Assembly (NCBI RefSeq): GCF_009834535.1 | Contig: NC_045711.1 | Coordinates: 25,048,001 to 25,112,000, forward strand | Direction: 5' to 3' | Length of the DNA: 64,000 nucleotides | Source: Camelus ferus | Taxonomy: Eukaryota | Shown here: piece after piece, positions 63,471 through 64,000 of the stretch | Layout: each line of letters opens with the position of its first letter | How positions within the stretch are numbered: the stretch's first letter is position 1 | Translations under genes and position numbers: made by a program | Notes under the pieces: generated by a model | Databases searched by the model: none | Told to the model about the DNA's origin: nothing | Seen by the model: only the letters and a program-made list of their open reading frames with translations

Positions 63471-64000
63471 TCCAGTCATGAAAATATAATCAATTCTCCT
63501 GATAAAGTTTTCTTGTTGAAGCCTGGTTGAGCTTGAATCAACAAACAAGGTCCTGGGACGGGACAGCCCTGAAGGGGAGCGGGAGGAAACTTACTCCAGA
63601 CCTCTGTTTTCTAGCTTCATTAGTTCAGAGTTTATAGTATGCTGCAGAAAATGTTTTTGTGTGGAGTTCAAACAAACTCTGTTTGCCTGTCCCCTTGGTT
63701 GGTACCCAGCTGGGACAAGCCTGGGCTGATGACAGCCAGCCCTCATGGGATGACCTCAGGGAAGGGACCAGCGAAAAGAGTGTGTGTGGTGGGGAGCTCT
63801 GACTCCCAGGCCAGACGCACGGGCCAACAGGGAGCAGCAATGGCTTGGCAGCTGGCCCAGCCAGCTACTTACCTCAAGGTTGACACCTTGGACACAGTAG
63901 GGAGAAACGGATGCCAGGAGAGGGGAGTGGAAGGGCTTCTGTGGCAAAAGCAGCTCCATTTTCACAGAGGTCCTCGGGCCCTGCCCAGCAGTCTTCCATC

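Overview
Mammalian genomic DNA, almost certainly from a camelid: at least 17 copies of a tRNA-Ala(AGC)-derived SINE matching the camelid Vic-1 family are present. The window is the ortholog of the human 17q25.1 gene block, recognised from translated exons and splice sites: NUP85 (minus, coding exons 1-2, continues left out of the window), SUMO2 (plus, exons 1-2 hidden in N-runs), JPT1/HN1 (plus, 5 coding exons, 154 aa), NT5C (plus, 5 exons), ARMC7 (minus, 3 exons, 198 aa), and probably the 3' end of SLC16A5 at the right edge. NUP85 intron 2 holds an RPSA retrocopy joined head-on to a decayed RPS13 retrocopy. The rest is CpG-island promoters and L1, L2, MIR and MER repeats. I found no CRISPR array, no real tRNA gene and no convincing new multi-gene system. 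The most interesting unexplained structures are local: a 61-nt piece of the NT5C upstream region copied into a SINE 866 bp away, nested ribosomal-protein retrocopies, a 33-bp higher-order minisatellite beside the NT5C exon 1 donor, interlocked NT5C/ARMC7 poly(A) signals, a candidate 6-nt JPT1 microexon, a SINE-L1 chimera, and strong antisense bias of intronic SINEs. Ortholog and repeat-family comparisons are from memory, no searches were run, and repeat boundaries are approximate.
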